Assembly: GCA_030704615.1 (NCBI GenBank)
Contig: JAKLZA010000030.1
Location: 1-64,000 of the forward strand
Direction: 5' to 3'
Source: Takakia lepidozioides
Lineage: Eukaryota; Plantae; Bryophyta
Length of the DNA: 64,000 nucleotides
Below, piece by piece: positions 24,400 through 37,284 of this stretch. The notes under the pieces were generated by a model. It did no database searches. It saw only the letters and a program-made list of their open reading frames with translations, and had not been told where the DNA came from. The translations under genes and the position numbers were made by a program. Each line of letters opens with the position of its first letter. The first letter of the stretch is position 1.

Positions 24400-26540
24400 T
24401 CATCTCAGTGAAATAGTTTCAATCACATATATTTGCCTTTTTGCATATATTTGCAGTTGCATCTTAGAACATCTCAACAAACACTTCTTTTTTAGCTTTA
24501 TGTCTCTCTGGATCAACGCTATTAGTTTTGATTCCCAGGATCTAGATATCTATTTTTTTTTGGTTCGGATTGTGTTCTTATTGCCCCGGTGCATTCGCGG
24601 TCCGCATCCTGTTGCACTGCTACATTTGTCTCCACTCTTTTATAGACCCTAAACCCTCAACCCTAAACTTTTTCGGAGCATAACCGGGCCCCCCTAAAAA
24701 CTTTTTAGTTTGCACTGTGCTATTATTGCACCCCGGTGCATTCGCGTTCCAATTTGTTGTACTGCTACATTTGTAGTTCCAATCTTTTGTAGGCCCAAAA
24801 TGCACAAACCTGTAGTGGTTGGGAGACCAATTTGTTCGTACAATGGGTACGTTTCTGAGCACGCATCCAAGTGGTTACATTACCATTTGTTTCCTATTTT
24901 ACTTCAGGAACGTAATCATTTGATAGATTCAATTTCTTTGTTGAGAGATCTGTCGAGTAGACAACTTCCTCGAGATGTGTTTCTATTCACCTTTGATGTG
25001 GAGTCATTGTACCCTAGCATTCCTACTGGGGACGGGCTTCGACGATTGAAGGACATGATTACCGACAAGCTCAAGTCACCCCGGTTTGAAGGACTCGACG
25101 TGAGTCTTTCTCCATGGTCTTGGAGAACAACTATCTTCAATTTGGCTCGAGCTATTGGCATCAGATCCGAGGCACTGCAATGGGTAGGCATTTTGCTGTT
25201 GTACGCTTGTCTCTTTCTTTGCAGCTTAGAAAGAGAGTTGGCTTGCGCAGCAAGAGGTATATGGCCTTTGTACTACAAGAGATACATCGATGACGGATTT
25301 TGGAATCTGGGAAGGATCTTGGGCAAGTTTGGAGACTTGGCTCGATCGATACAACTATCTCAGTCCCACAATTCGCATTCAAAGGGTGATCTCTGACTCT
25401 ACTGTTGACATTCTTGATATTCAATTCTTCAAGGGAGCTGATTTTGTCAATAGTGGGATTCTATCTTCGAGATGTCATCAGAAGGCACTCAACAGATATC
25501 GGTACTTGCCATGGACGTCCTGTCATCCGCGACACCAAAAACGACCATTCATCCTTGGTGAGCTACGCCGATACACTTTGAGAGAAAGCACATGTGCAGG
25601 TTTTTCAGAGATCAGACGACTATTCTATGAACGACTGCGTGCTCGAGGCTATCCAAAGTCTTTTATCTTAGAGTGTTTTAGACTATGTGACTATGCACAA
25701 CGTGCTACACTGTTAGCTTCAGAATCCACTCGTAAGTTGATGGGTAAGCGGACCCCCTTGGTTCTGAAACTTGAGCATTTTCGATATACTCAGCTCTAAA
25801 AACTTGGGGAGTCCTAAACCCTAAACTGCATGAGCATCTTCTGAAAGTTCCGCAGTTAGCATCTTTTGACAAACCTATGGTTTGTTGGAAAAAAACGAGG
25901 AATATTACGTTCCTATTTAGTTCGTGCTAAGTTACAATAGAGTCAATTATATTGAAGGATATATTCTTGGCTTACATGCATAAGTTGGAAAAAGTTTTTT
26001 TTTTTTTTTAGATAAAAGACCTTTTTCTTGGCTAAAGGAGATATTCTTGGCCTTACAGGCATAAGTTGGAAAAAAACTTTTTTTTTTTTAGATTTTTTTT
26101 TTTTTCTCGGCTAAAAAGATACTTTTTGTTGTCTTTTTATCTTATGCTCTTTTTTTAGACAACACTTATTCGACAGTATATAAGCTGGCGGTGAGGCTCA
26201 TTGTACTTCTTTCCATTTCTTTCTTCCCACTGAAGAGCTCAAATTTGAGCGAAACTAGTCTGGGGCTTATAAGATTTGCCAGTATCTCATATAAGTGTGT
26301 TTTGTCTCACTTTCTTTTCTCTTTGTGTTGTTGTACCTTACAGTTGCATTGTTTAGGACTGTCTATCTAGTCATGCCTTTGCTGCTAGGTTTTGTTCTCT
26401 AGTGCGTGTTTTTTCTTCCATAAGAGATAGGTTTTTGTTATCCTGTATTTACGGTGAAACAGTCTCAGTCATACACTTTAGTCATTTGCATGTCTTTGCA
26501 ATTGCACTTTAGAACATACAAATCTCTCATATCCTACCTA
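24400..26540 (+). mobile_element. Endonuclease-less Penelope-like element copy A, internally deleted. Its 3' repeat continues at 29931-30105.
   Basis: PKMHKP..GRPICS, FDVESLYPSI, YKRYIDDGF, LPWTSCHP, RLRARGYP. Ends LVRAKLQ* at 25940 with no GIY-YIG domain. Near-identical to 36090-37280. Confidence 0.88.
26226..26264 (+). ncRNA. Minimal type I hammerhead ribozyme
   Basis: CCCA-CTGAAGA-GCTCA(AATT)TGAGC-GAA-ACTAGT-C-TGGG. Intact core, stems I and II, palindromic stem III, GUC cleavage site. Confidence 0.9.
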
Positions 26541-29500
26541 AGGTAGCGACATTTAAAAGTGTGCGTTGCCTTTATCTGTTCCCCTATTTTTGATGATGAA
26601 TAAAGTCACCCTTTTCATCCTAGTACTGTGCACTTTTGCAATGGAGGTAGTTCAAGGTTCATTATTACTTTGGATTAGGTACACTAGTGGGTGTTTTTGG
26701 AGTACAAGGGATTAATTAATGGTGGATTAGTGAAGCTAATTAAGCAGCCGACTAATGATTCTCATTTCAAATTCCTCATTTGTTTTTGAAAGTGGAGGCG
26801 GGTGTTTTTGGACAACGGCCAGTTAATACAGCAGTCAGGCATGAATGCAAATAGGATGCATGGTTCACTCTATATACTACTATAGTGCACACACTTTATC
26901 ACACTTCAGTTTACTACAATAGCAATTCATGGAGCGATAGACATGGATTTCTGTCCTAGCTAGGCATTCAGATTACTACCAGACACAGAGGAGGAACACA
27001 ATGCTACCCAAGAGCACGATAATGATAGTAGTGATCGTGAGAGTGAGGAATCTGGAGGTACTAGACAGCAGCCAGGGCAAAGAGGCAAGGGATCTGAGGA
27101 CGATGAGTATGAGAATTTTGCATGGGCACAAGACCCAGCCGAGGAGTGGACGGAAGTGCATTATGCAGCTGGGTCAGAGGACCGGTTGTAGTTCCAGATC
27201 AGACACCTGCTAGGGAATCCCCACCACCAATCGATGTAACTCCAGTCTTGAGACGAGCATCCCAGCAAACACCTACAAGGAATTATGGAGGGCCCCAATT
27301 ATATGCAGCCGGGGAAGGGATCAACTCACGTACAGATCGGGTGCTCGGCCCCGCCAAATGGCAATTGGAGTGACCAAGCTCTTGCTGGCGCCTTGGCAGC
27401 AATCGAGGCTGGGTCGTCAATCCGGGGTGCTGCAAGGCAATTCACCATACCTACAGCTACTCTACGGGCCCACATGTATGGAACCATTCGTAGCAGATGT
27501 CGTGGCAAACATGGGGTTATGAGTGATGAAGAAGAACGATTGTTGGTAGCATACATTGAGAGAATGCATGACGTAGGGCATTCATTGACACTAACTCAGA
27601 TCAGATTGAAGATGGGTGAGATCTGTCAGCTAAGGATTACACCGTTCGTCAATGGAATACCTGGTTTGGGATGGCTACGCTGGTTTAGGAAGACACCCTC
27701 ATCTAAGCCTACGAGTTGCTCAAGGTCTGGAGCAGGGAAGGGCCAAGGGCCTCTGCCAAGAGAACGTTGACAGCTTCTATGCTAACCTAGGCGATCTATA
27801 CAACAAAAACAACTACGACCAAGAGCGGATTTGGAACTGTGACGAGTCGGGGGCGCAGGCAGGAAGAAATGGCGGATCTCGCATGGTGCACTCCATTTGT
27901 CCAGATGAGAGGGAGTGGCTCTTCGTATTGACCTGCATTAATGCAGCAGGTAGTTCAATTCCTAATTTTTAAATTTTCAAAGGCAAACGCTTTCGTCGTA
28001 TCTACATTGAGAGATGTGAGACGGGGGCCACAATGGCAATGCAACCAAAAATGGATGACAGGGATCATATTCTCTAAATGGATCCACAGGCATGGGCAAC
28101 GAGATTACAGAGGAGAGGAGACATCTGCTGATCCTTGATGGCCATAACAACCATGTCACAATCAATGTTGTCCACCAAGCTAGGTCAGTTGGACTCGATC
28201 TGATCACGTTGCCATCCCATACATCGCACGCACTGCAACCTCTGGATGTCTCCGTATTCAAGCCCTTCAAGACTGCATTTCAAAACTACAGGGATATATG
28301 GAGTATAGCAAACAAAGGGAAGCCAGCAAAGAAAGAGAATCTGGCGCAATGGGTTTCTTTGGGATTGAAGAAGGCACTGTCAGAAGTCAACATTAAAAAA
28401 TGATTCTCCACCACCGGGATCTGGCCTCTACGGCCTACTGCAATGGCAACAAGATGGGGCCATCATCTACTTTTGCACAAGATCCACCTGCAGAAGATCA
28501 AGATCACACAGCGAAGACAATCAATCACATGAGGACAAGCAACCGGATCCAGCCATTGAAGAGGTGATAGGCAACATGGTTCCCGAAACCCAAGAGGAAT
28601 GTATGCACTACTATGTGCATATGGAGGATGATGACGGGCCCACAGATCAGGCCCCTAATGATGAGAGCAGCCTGGAATCCCAACCACTTGCCCGAGACCA
28701 GGAGCTCTCGATGCTCGCATTCACGGGTCCCACTAGTATAGCCAGGTTTCTCACCCTTGCGGAGGCTCCTGCACCCACTAGAAGACGAACGACTCAAGAT
28801 GGGCAAGTGTTAATCGATTACTCCAAATCCATAATTATGACCAGCGACGACTACGTCAACTCCCTTGAGCAGAAAACACGACTCAAGGCGGAAGCAATTG
28901 CAGCCAAAGAGAAGAAACAAGAGGACCAGCGCATTGCACGGGAAAGAAGGTAGTAGAAAAATTAGCCAAGCAAGAGGCGACTCGGATCAGAAAGGAAGAA
29001 GCGGCAGCAAAGAAAGCATATGACGCACAATGGACAAACAAGGCATTGGGGAGTATGGCGATCGCTTGCAGGCACTGATGAAGTCGGGGGCCCATTAGGC
29101 ACCATGCCCCGTTCTGTGGATTGATTCTGAACATATGCAGGTATAACCAAGCCATGGCAATCCGGCAACGTCGAGCAAAGAAAAATGGTGAAGACACCAG
29201 CCAATTCGTCACCGTGGCTTCTAGTTGGGCACACGGGCATCAGTTACATGGGGTCCCACACTTGACACCACATAGGGGGTGTGATTGACGGAAGACAGTG
29301 AGAGCATGCATAACTGAAGACACCCTAAAGTCCACGAACAAGGAGGAGCAGGTCTGTGGCAGGAGTTGCCTTGGAATGGCGGGGAGAATGGGAAATGAGG
29401 GGGTTTTGGAGTCTTCCAGGTGTGTCTCTGGGATGGTTACTTTAAGGTTCTAAGATGGCCATGTCTGAGGATTTGTAGGTCATCTAAGGCAGATTTAGGG

Positions 29501-29930
29501 GTTCTATTTGATACCTGAATGGTCAGATTTTGCGCAAGTTGTGATTCATGCAAGGTAAGTTATGGGTGCTTCCATAGGTAGATGCACGGATTTCCCTGTT
29601 GGGAGGTGGGTACATCTGGGCCCACACATGGCTTGGTTTTGGTAATTTTGAGAAAGGTGTAGGTGCACACCTTGTGCACTCATGACACCTTTAAGCGCAT
29701 GTCAAGGAACAATGTATGGCATTACAGGAGGGACCTACTGAGCAGAAGTGGGATAATATGTACTTTGACTTTGATAATTCATATATAATACATTAATGAT
29801 TGGAAAAATTATGTGCTTTACACAACAGAGTGCTGCTTCATTTGCTATTCAACTCATGTAATTTTTGTGGACACCGCACCCTTTGAGCATTGCACACTAC
29901 TTAAAAGCACACTTTTAGATGTCGCTACCT
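26541..29930 (+). mobile_element. pogo/Fot1-like (Tc1/mariner) DNA transposon, full length
   Basis: 24-bp TIRs AGGTAGCGACAT(T/C)TAAAAGTGTGC with a TA TSD. An empty site is visible at ~34050-34060. Confidence 0.93.
27285..29100 (+). CDS. pogo-family DDE transposase (HTH_psq, CENP-B HTH, DDE_1), frameshifted
   Basis: SIRGAARQFTIPTATL, IWNCDESG, LLILDGHNNH, LPSHTSHALQPLDVSVFKPFK. Confidence 0.9.
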
Positions 29931-30105
29931 TATGTCTTCATAATCATCTCTTTGAGTTTTTCTATAGACATCTTGAAGTTTTTTCCAGAGCATAACCCCC
30001 CCCCCCTAAAAACTTTTTAGTATGCACTGTGCTACTATTGCACCTGATGCATTCGCGGTTCAAATTTGTTGTACTGCTACATTTATAGTTCCAATCTTTT
30101 ATATA

Positions 30106-30153
30106 CCCTAAACCCTAAATTCTAAAACCCTTAAACCCTTAACCCTAAACCCT
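30106..30153 (+). repeat. Degenerate plant telomeric repeat (CCCTAAA)n at the junction of two PLEs
   Basis: CCCTAAACCCTAAATTCTAAAACCCTTAAACCCTTAACCCTAAACCCT. Confidence 0.8.
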
Positions 30154-33100
30154 CGAGTGTACGAAGAGTAGTCGAGCTTAAGAACAAGGGGGCCCGTTTA
30201 CCCTCAATTGCGCGTTGCGTCTGTTGGTCGAGTAGAGAGGATCTGAGGTCGTAGGAGATCTTTGGTGAAGCAACTCCAGATGAACGCCGCTGGATAACCT
30301 CAGGCTCGAAGACGTTTGTTAAAACAAAAGTCGCAAATGGTTGAACCCTTGGATGGTGCTTTCTCGTACTACATACCGTTGGAGCTCGCCGATGACGAAG
30401 CTTTCTTTTGGTGATGTGGATGCCACGAGGACCAAGGCAAGTATTGATACTTGTTCTGGGCCTTTTGATGACATCTAGTAGAGCGCCGTCGAGTTTGGAT
30501 GAAGTCGTCTCCTTTGAAGAAGATGATATCCAAGATGTCGCGGACGTCGGGCTTATGGCGGTCGTGATTTTGATGCCATCAAACATGGAACTGTAGTTCC
30601 ATAACCAGGCCGGAGGCTCTTTTCGGAGCCTACCCAGATGCCAAAGCCATCGTCGATATAGCGCTTAAGATAAAGCAGCTCTTGCTCCGATGGGCACACG
30701 TACTCCATGTACATCTCCAACCGACAAAGGAACAAACAAGCATAAACAACTGTAAAGTTGCTCCCCATAGCCATCCCGCGAATTTGGTGCCAAAAACTAC
30801 CATTGAACTCAAGGTAATGGTGTTTCAAGACTAATCCAGCGAGGGTCATGATCAGGTCTGTTTTGTGTTTTGGTGAAATTACCTCCAATAGCACATTCGA
30901 GCTCATACAAGCCGAGCTCGGTGATGATGCTGGGATATAGAGATTCCACGTCAAACGCAAAAAGAAGAGCATGCGAGGGGACCTCAACCTCTCGAAGAAG
31001 CGTGAGAGAATCAACCAAATGAGTGGATTCCTTGAGAGGTACCGGAATTGGTGATGGAGCCAAATTGAAGCATGCTCGAAGATGTAGTTGTTGTAGGAAC
31101 AGATGGTCTTCCAACAAGCACGGGTTTGTGCACCTTCGGAATGAAGTACAAAGCACAAGCTCGAAAGTCCATGGACGACCGAGGGCGTTGGCGGATGTAA
31201 TTCCATTCTTTGGAGATCGCAAACCTGTAGATTGGATGGCAAGCTAGCAACTCGGCAGACAAGGTCGTGCATTGCGGACGATTCGATCCAAACGGCTAGA
31301 CAAAGATCATTACCTTCTCGAATGATGGCCTCGAGTGGTTGAGATTCCACTGGTGGATTGAATGATGGATTCGGAACGCGCCAAAGAGGAACCTCATCGT
31401 TGTCTTTGCCGGAGAAGAACGTTCGCAACCTCAAGCTTTGAGCAAAATTGTTGAATTTGATTGAAGGGGAAGGGGAAGAGGACGAGGATGTAATTGAGAC
31501 CAAGGCCCATGAGTTGTCGCTCCGCAAAGGAGAGAACCCTCTTGCTATAGTTGTGGATAGCAGGTTGGTGACCTTGCATTCCACTTGGGAGGGAGTCCTA
31601 GCGTAAGCCTTCGGGTCTACGAGCAGGTACCAGAAGAGACTCCTCGTGCGCCCCCGCGTCTGTGAGGAGGTATGTATGGCCGTTTTGATCGTCGTCGTCG
31701 TCGTTCGTCGTCGTCCGTCCCTTCCGGCTCCCTCCCATACCAGAACGGTTCGGGCCTGACCTCGAAAGAGGTAGGTGCAGAACGGGTGATACCTGCTGCT
31801 TGCCCTTTCCGCCAGGATTCGCCTTAGACTTACTAGCCGGTTTGGTCCCAGGCTTCTGGGCCTTAGGTTTCACCTGGATAGAATTCACCACCTTCTTCAC
31901 CTCCTTGAGTACCCACTCGCATTTCACGAGTTAGCAATGGTTCCACAAGGGGTCTCCGCTTCTTCCATAGCACCTTCCGAGCAACGTTGTGAGCGGCGAT
32001 AGCCGCGGCCTTGCTAACGTCGGAAAGTTGTTTGTGAATGAAATGCATCTACATGAGTAACAGAGAGATTGCTAAGATGAAGATGCCATGACTCAATGGA
32101 AGACTTAGAATTGTCACCTATTAAATTTAAGGATCGTAAAGGCAAAATCAAATCCGAGAGGCGAGTCTCAAAGACTGGTTTCAATTGCTCGAGCTTGTTG
32201 GGCAAACTAGCAAGTCGAGATTCTTGGGCTTTGATAAGTGCTTGAAAGCACTTGATCCAATATGCGGTTGTGCATTCGGCCAGGCTCGCATCAAGGACGG
32301 ATTGGGCCTCAGGATCTCCTATTTGAAGTTTAGGAGGACTCATTCTAAGGGAGTTGGGTGTGGTGTCTTCTTCGAATTGCACTCGCAATTTTTGAAGGTA
32401 CTTGGAAGTCTTTTCATGCTCATGCCTAAGACTTTTGAATTCCTTGACCGATGTATGCACAAATGCAAGCAAAGGGGGAGGAATGGAGATATCCATGTTA
32501 GAAGAAGAAGACGCGGATGCATGAGAATGGCCGACGCCTAAGCTAGGACATGGACGTTTGTTACCTGCTAGTTTCGCCATCGGAAAAAGAGTTTAGGGTT
32601 TAGCGTGGTCAACAAAGGTAACAAAAAATAGAAAAATACTGGAAAAAGACACAGTAATTGTTAAGGGGGGCCGGTTCAGACCCAAATACAAATGCAATGG
32701 AAACCAAGACAAATTCATACAAAGTACGCCTATCGTGCCTAAAGGGATGCTATAAGACTATTATGTCTTATGCAAGGACTCCCGCCCTCACGAGATAAGG
32801 TTCTCTATTGAAGAATGAGGCACTTTTGCTCCAACCGCAAGTTTTTTTAAGTTTGCATCTCCTTGTTTAGCGACAAAATCTTCCTCACTATGGGCAAGCA
32901 TGCGCTCAAGGCAATCACAAACATAAGGTCAAGTCTCAATCCCTAGTTGGAAAACTTATATGCCCCACCTTCAAAAAGAGGTTCGTACCTCTAAGGAAGA
33001 ATGGGAAGGATTACCGCATAAGGTCATCGACAAGAAGGTTAGGTCGGCAGAGGCTTGCGCATGCCCATAGTCCTCTGATCGCTCGAGATGAACTCGAGGG

Positions 33101-33905
33101 AGGATCAACCAAGTCCCTTCTCTCCGACCATCGGGCGTACGATAGGGGGAACCATGTAGTCGGGGCTAAATTAGCTTGCCCGACACGATTACCATATACC
33201 TCCAGCCGCCTTCCCCATTGTAAGCGGTGGCTAAGATGGCGTCAAATGGAAGGCTCTATACGCCCATGCTTCAGAGAGAAAAAGGCCTCGGAAGTATCCA
33301 AGGGTTGGGATTCCCCTTGGAGCCGAGCACCCCTTCGATCCAAGTTGCCCGGGCGGGCAAGGACTAGACTCTCAACTCTCGACTTCTCTAAGTGTGGAGA
33401 CACAAAAAGAGTAAAGGTGTTTTATTCCAAACAAGTTTCGCTTGATTGCTCAACCTCATCAGTGAAACACCAAGAGATGAAGTCCTAAGAGCCAAGCCTA
33501 TCTTTATATACTAGAAAAGCACCCTCACTATGTGCAAACGATATGGGATAATTCCCAAGGCAATAATAATGCCACTAAGCACTAATTTAGCCTCCAAGTC
33601 AGACTGCATTAATTAGTCAATGGTCCAAATTAATTGTTGGAACCCTTTGACTTTAACGTCAATACTAGGGCTATCAAAGAGGAAAAATTAATAATGCTAG
33701 GGACATTTGCACTACAAAATCATCCTATCATTCTAGATTTAACTAGAAATGAACTCAACTTTCGCGGATTCCTCCAACAAATCATTGCTCGAGGAAGAAA
33801 CCAAAGCTCTGGGACTTGCTGAAGCAACTTGTAGAGTCTAGGGTTTAGGATGGCCCCCCAAGTTCAAGGCTCGAATGTACGAAGAGTAGTTGAGCTTAAG
33901 AACAA
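30154..33905 (-). mobile_element. Endonuclease-less Penelope-like element family B in partial tandem: RT tail + 3'UTR/HHR of one unit, then ORF1 + RT of the next
   Basis: 33905-33721 encodes the RT C-terminus (..MICWRNPRKLSSFLVKSR..*). Coiled-coil ORF starts at 32580. RT motifs PKVHKP, FDVESLYPSI, GMAMGSNF, RYIDDGF. 33871-33905 duplicates 30153-30187. Confidence 0.85.
33425..33467 (-). ncRNA. Minimal type I hammerhead ribozyme with one stem II mismatch
   Basis: Minus strand TTTCA-CTGATGA-GGTTGA(GCAA)TCAAGC-GAAAC-TT-GTT-TGGAA. Confidence 0.8.
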
Positions 33906-33984
33906 TAGTACCCTATCTCTTTTGCTAGAGAATAGACACAGTAGAGAACGACTTAGATGCTCATCTAACACGCAACACTCGTTA

Positions 33985-36900
33985 GTCATACACTTTAGTC
34001 ATTTGCATGTCTTTGCAATTGCACTTTAGAACATATCAACATCACTCATATCCTACCTATGTGTCTTCAGAATCATCTCTTTGAGTTTTTCTATAGATAT
34101 CTTGAAGTTTTTTCGAAGCATAACCGGCCCCCAAAAAACTTTTTAGTCTGCACTGTGCTATTACTGCACCCGGTGCATTTGCGGTTCCAATTTGTTATAC
34201 TACTACATTTATAGTTCCAATCTTTTGTAGACCCTAAACATTTCATATTATGTTAGCTACAACTTCTGAACCTTTATCGCGTCCCCGCATAGAGAGGATG
34301 CTGGTGGTGATGGTAATCGACCATCGTCTTTTTCTCCAATTCGGGAGTGTTCTTCTTCGAGACCACGAGTGGGGATGTTTTTCAACAAACGGGATCACAC
34401 TCCACCTTTGTGGAGGCTACTCAAAAGTTACTGGACTTCTTTCATACAATACAAGAAGGATTTTAAAAGATTGCAACGTCTCAAAGCAACGTCGACCGAC
34501 TCAGATCTCAAGAAGTTGCTGGTAAAATCCCTCAAGCTTGTAGAATTCTAAGCTTGTGATTTCCTCTTTGGCCGTTCAACCTTCCCTCGATGCAAGCATT
34601 CAATCAGCCACTCTTGCTTTCCATGACACTTTACAAAAAGCCTTCATCAAGGCTTCATGTGGAGGTGTTGGCAGAAGCAGAAGCCACTTTGAGCAAATCA
34701 TCTGATCTTTTCATTGCTCGACTCCAGGAGATCAGATCCCATGTGGATGTCTCTTCTTGTCTTGACAATGATGAGGACTCTAGTTGGATTTTCGAGGAGC
34801 TTGAGTTTATATGCAATGAAGCCACCAAGTCTTGGTTTGCTGGAATCTCTTGTTTTCGTGCTAACCACAACTTGGCAACCGCTGTGAGGGAAAAGCTTTG
34901 CGTGAAAGGAACCGCGCTAAGGATGCCGCCATGGCAGATGCTGATGTTCTTCCGTGCGAGCCTTCCATTGTCAAGCTTGTTAGGAAAGAGGTGCAGAAGC
35001 AATTTTCCTCCAAAGGGAATAAGTCTTCTCTCTCCCCTAAGCAACAACAACGACCGCGTTCTTCTTCTCCTAACCGTCAGAAGCAACGGCAACGTGGCCG
35101 CTCAATTGCTCGTCAAGCTCTAAGGCTCAACCTACAAGAGCACTTCACCAAATGCCAAAGCAAGTTCTTTCAAGCAACAGGGAAATGGACAACAGCGGAG
35201 TGTGATTGCTCGCATCCGTTCCGCTGCATCGCATTTCTCTTTTCCGAGAAAATCCGCCCTACATTCTCAGACCCCTCATGGTTTTGGCAAACAAAAGTCG
35301 GGGCAAAGCCCACAACAGAAGCCCAAAAAGAAGGTAACTTGGGTAGGATCAAATCGAAAAGAGCCCGCAAGCTCTTTTGGTGGCAGTTGAGGGATGTAGA
35401 GGCTTATAAGCTTTGTCTTTTCTCTTGCAAGAGAGTCTCTCAAGTAGAGAATAGGTTAACCAATGTGATCATCCATAACATGGCCAATCGACCATTTTTG
35501 TTTTTTGAAAAGAAACTTTTAGGCTTAGGTTTGAGCTTCATTCCACATCCTACTCCTCCGTCTACTACTATTCTTGATGCTTATGAGGCTTTTCCTCGAC
35601 CTTTACATCTTCGACATCACTTCCGTGATGCTAGAGATAGACCCATTCCTCCATTTAGAGTCCCTAACCCTTCTTGGGATCAGTGTGTACGGCTTCCTGC
35701 TTTAGAAAATATCATTGCAGACGGTCGCGACATTGTAAAGCCTCGCTTCAAGGATGTGGCTCGCTCTGCCTTCAAGTCCTCTATTCGAGGCCATCTCAAG
35801 ACCGCAATGCGTGCTCTGACTACAGATGACTCCATCGTCATCAAACCCGCGGACAAAAATCTTGGGTTGGTGATCATGCGTAAGGATTGGTACATGGATG
35901 AGGCACACCGCCAACTCCACGATGGACATGTTTATGAATCTGTGGCAGAGATTCCATGGGACAATCTCAAGTATGATTTGGATGCAGTGCTCACTTCTGC
36001 TTTTATGCGGGGATTAATCGACAAGCAAGAAAAGGATTTTTTGGCTTTCAAGCCCCAAGGGGGCTACCGACCCTACATGTGCTATCTTGTGCCCAAAATG
36101 CACAAACCTGTGGTGGTTGGGAGACCAATTTGTTCGTACAATGGGTACCTTTTTGAGCACGCATCCAAGTGGTTACATTACCATTCGTTTCCTATTTTGC
36201 TTCAGGAACATAATCATTTGATAGATTCAATTTCTTTGTTGAAAGATCTGTCGAGTAGACAACTTCCTCAAGATGTGCTTCTATTCACCTTTGATGTGGG
36301 GTCATTGTACCCTAGCATTCCTACTGGGGACGAGCTTCGATGATTGAAGGACATGATTACCGACAAGCTCAAGTCACCCTGGTTTGAAGGACTCGTCATG
36401 AGTCTCCCATGGTCTTGGAGAACAACTATCTTCAATTTGGCTCGAGCTATTGGCATCAGATCCGAGGCATTGCAATGGGTAGCAATTTTGCTGTTGTGTA
36501 TGCTTGTATCTTTCTTTGCAGCTTAGAAAGAGAGTTGGCTTGCGCAGCAAGAGGTATATGGCCTTTGTACTACAAGAGATACATCGATGTCAGATTTGGA
36601 GTCTGGGAAGGATCTCGGGCAAGTTTGGAGACTTGGCTCGATCGATACAACTCTCTCAGTCCCACAATTCGCATTCAAAGGGTGATCTCTGACTACTGTT
36701 GACATTCTTGATATTCAATTCTTCAAGGGAGCTGATTTTGTCAATAGTGGGATTCTATCTTCGAGATGTCATCAGAAGGCACTCAACATATATCGGTACT
36801 TGCCATGGACATCCTGTCATCCGCGACACAAAAAACGAGCATTCATCGTTGGTGAGCTACGCCGATACACTTTGAGAGAAAGCACATGTGCAGGTTTTTC

Positions 36901-37283
36901 AGAGAGATATGAACGACTGCGTGCTCGAGGCTATTCAAAGTCTTTTATCTTAGAGTGTTTTAGACTATGTGACTATGCACAACGTGCTACACTGTTAGCT
37001 TCAGAATCCACTCGTAAGTTGATGGGTACGCGGGCCCCCTTGGTTCTGAAACTTGAGCATTCTCGATATACTCAAGCTCTAAACCTTGGGGGAGTCCTAA
37101 ACCCTAAACTGCATGAGCATCTTCTGAAAGTTCCGCAGTTAGCATCTTTTGACAAACCTATGGTTTGTTGGAAAAAACGAGGAATATACGTTCCTATTTA
37201 GTTCGTGCTAAGTTACAATAGTCAATTATATTGAATGAGATATTCTTGGCTTACAAGCATAAATTGGAAAAAGAACTTTTTCT
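33985..37283 (+). mobile_element. Endonuclease-less Penelope-like element copy C, near full length
   Basis: The leader matches the 3' repeat of copy A. Coding region 34250-37221 contains LGLGLSFIP, IKPADKNLGLVIM and GIAMGSNFA. YIDD is mutated to YIDV. No endonuclease. Confidence 0.88.
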
Positions 37284-37284
37284 T

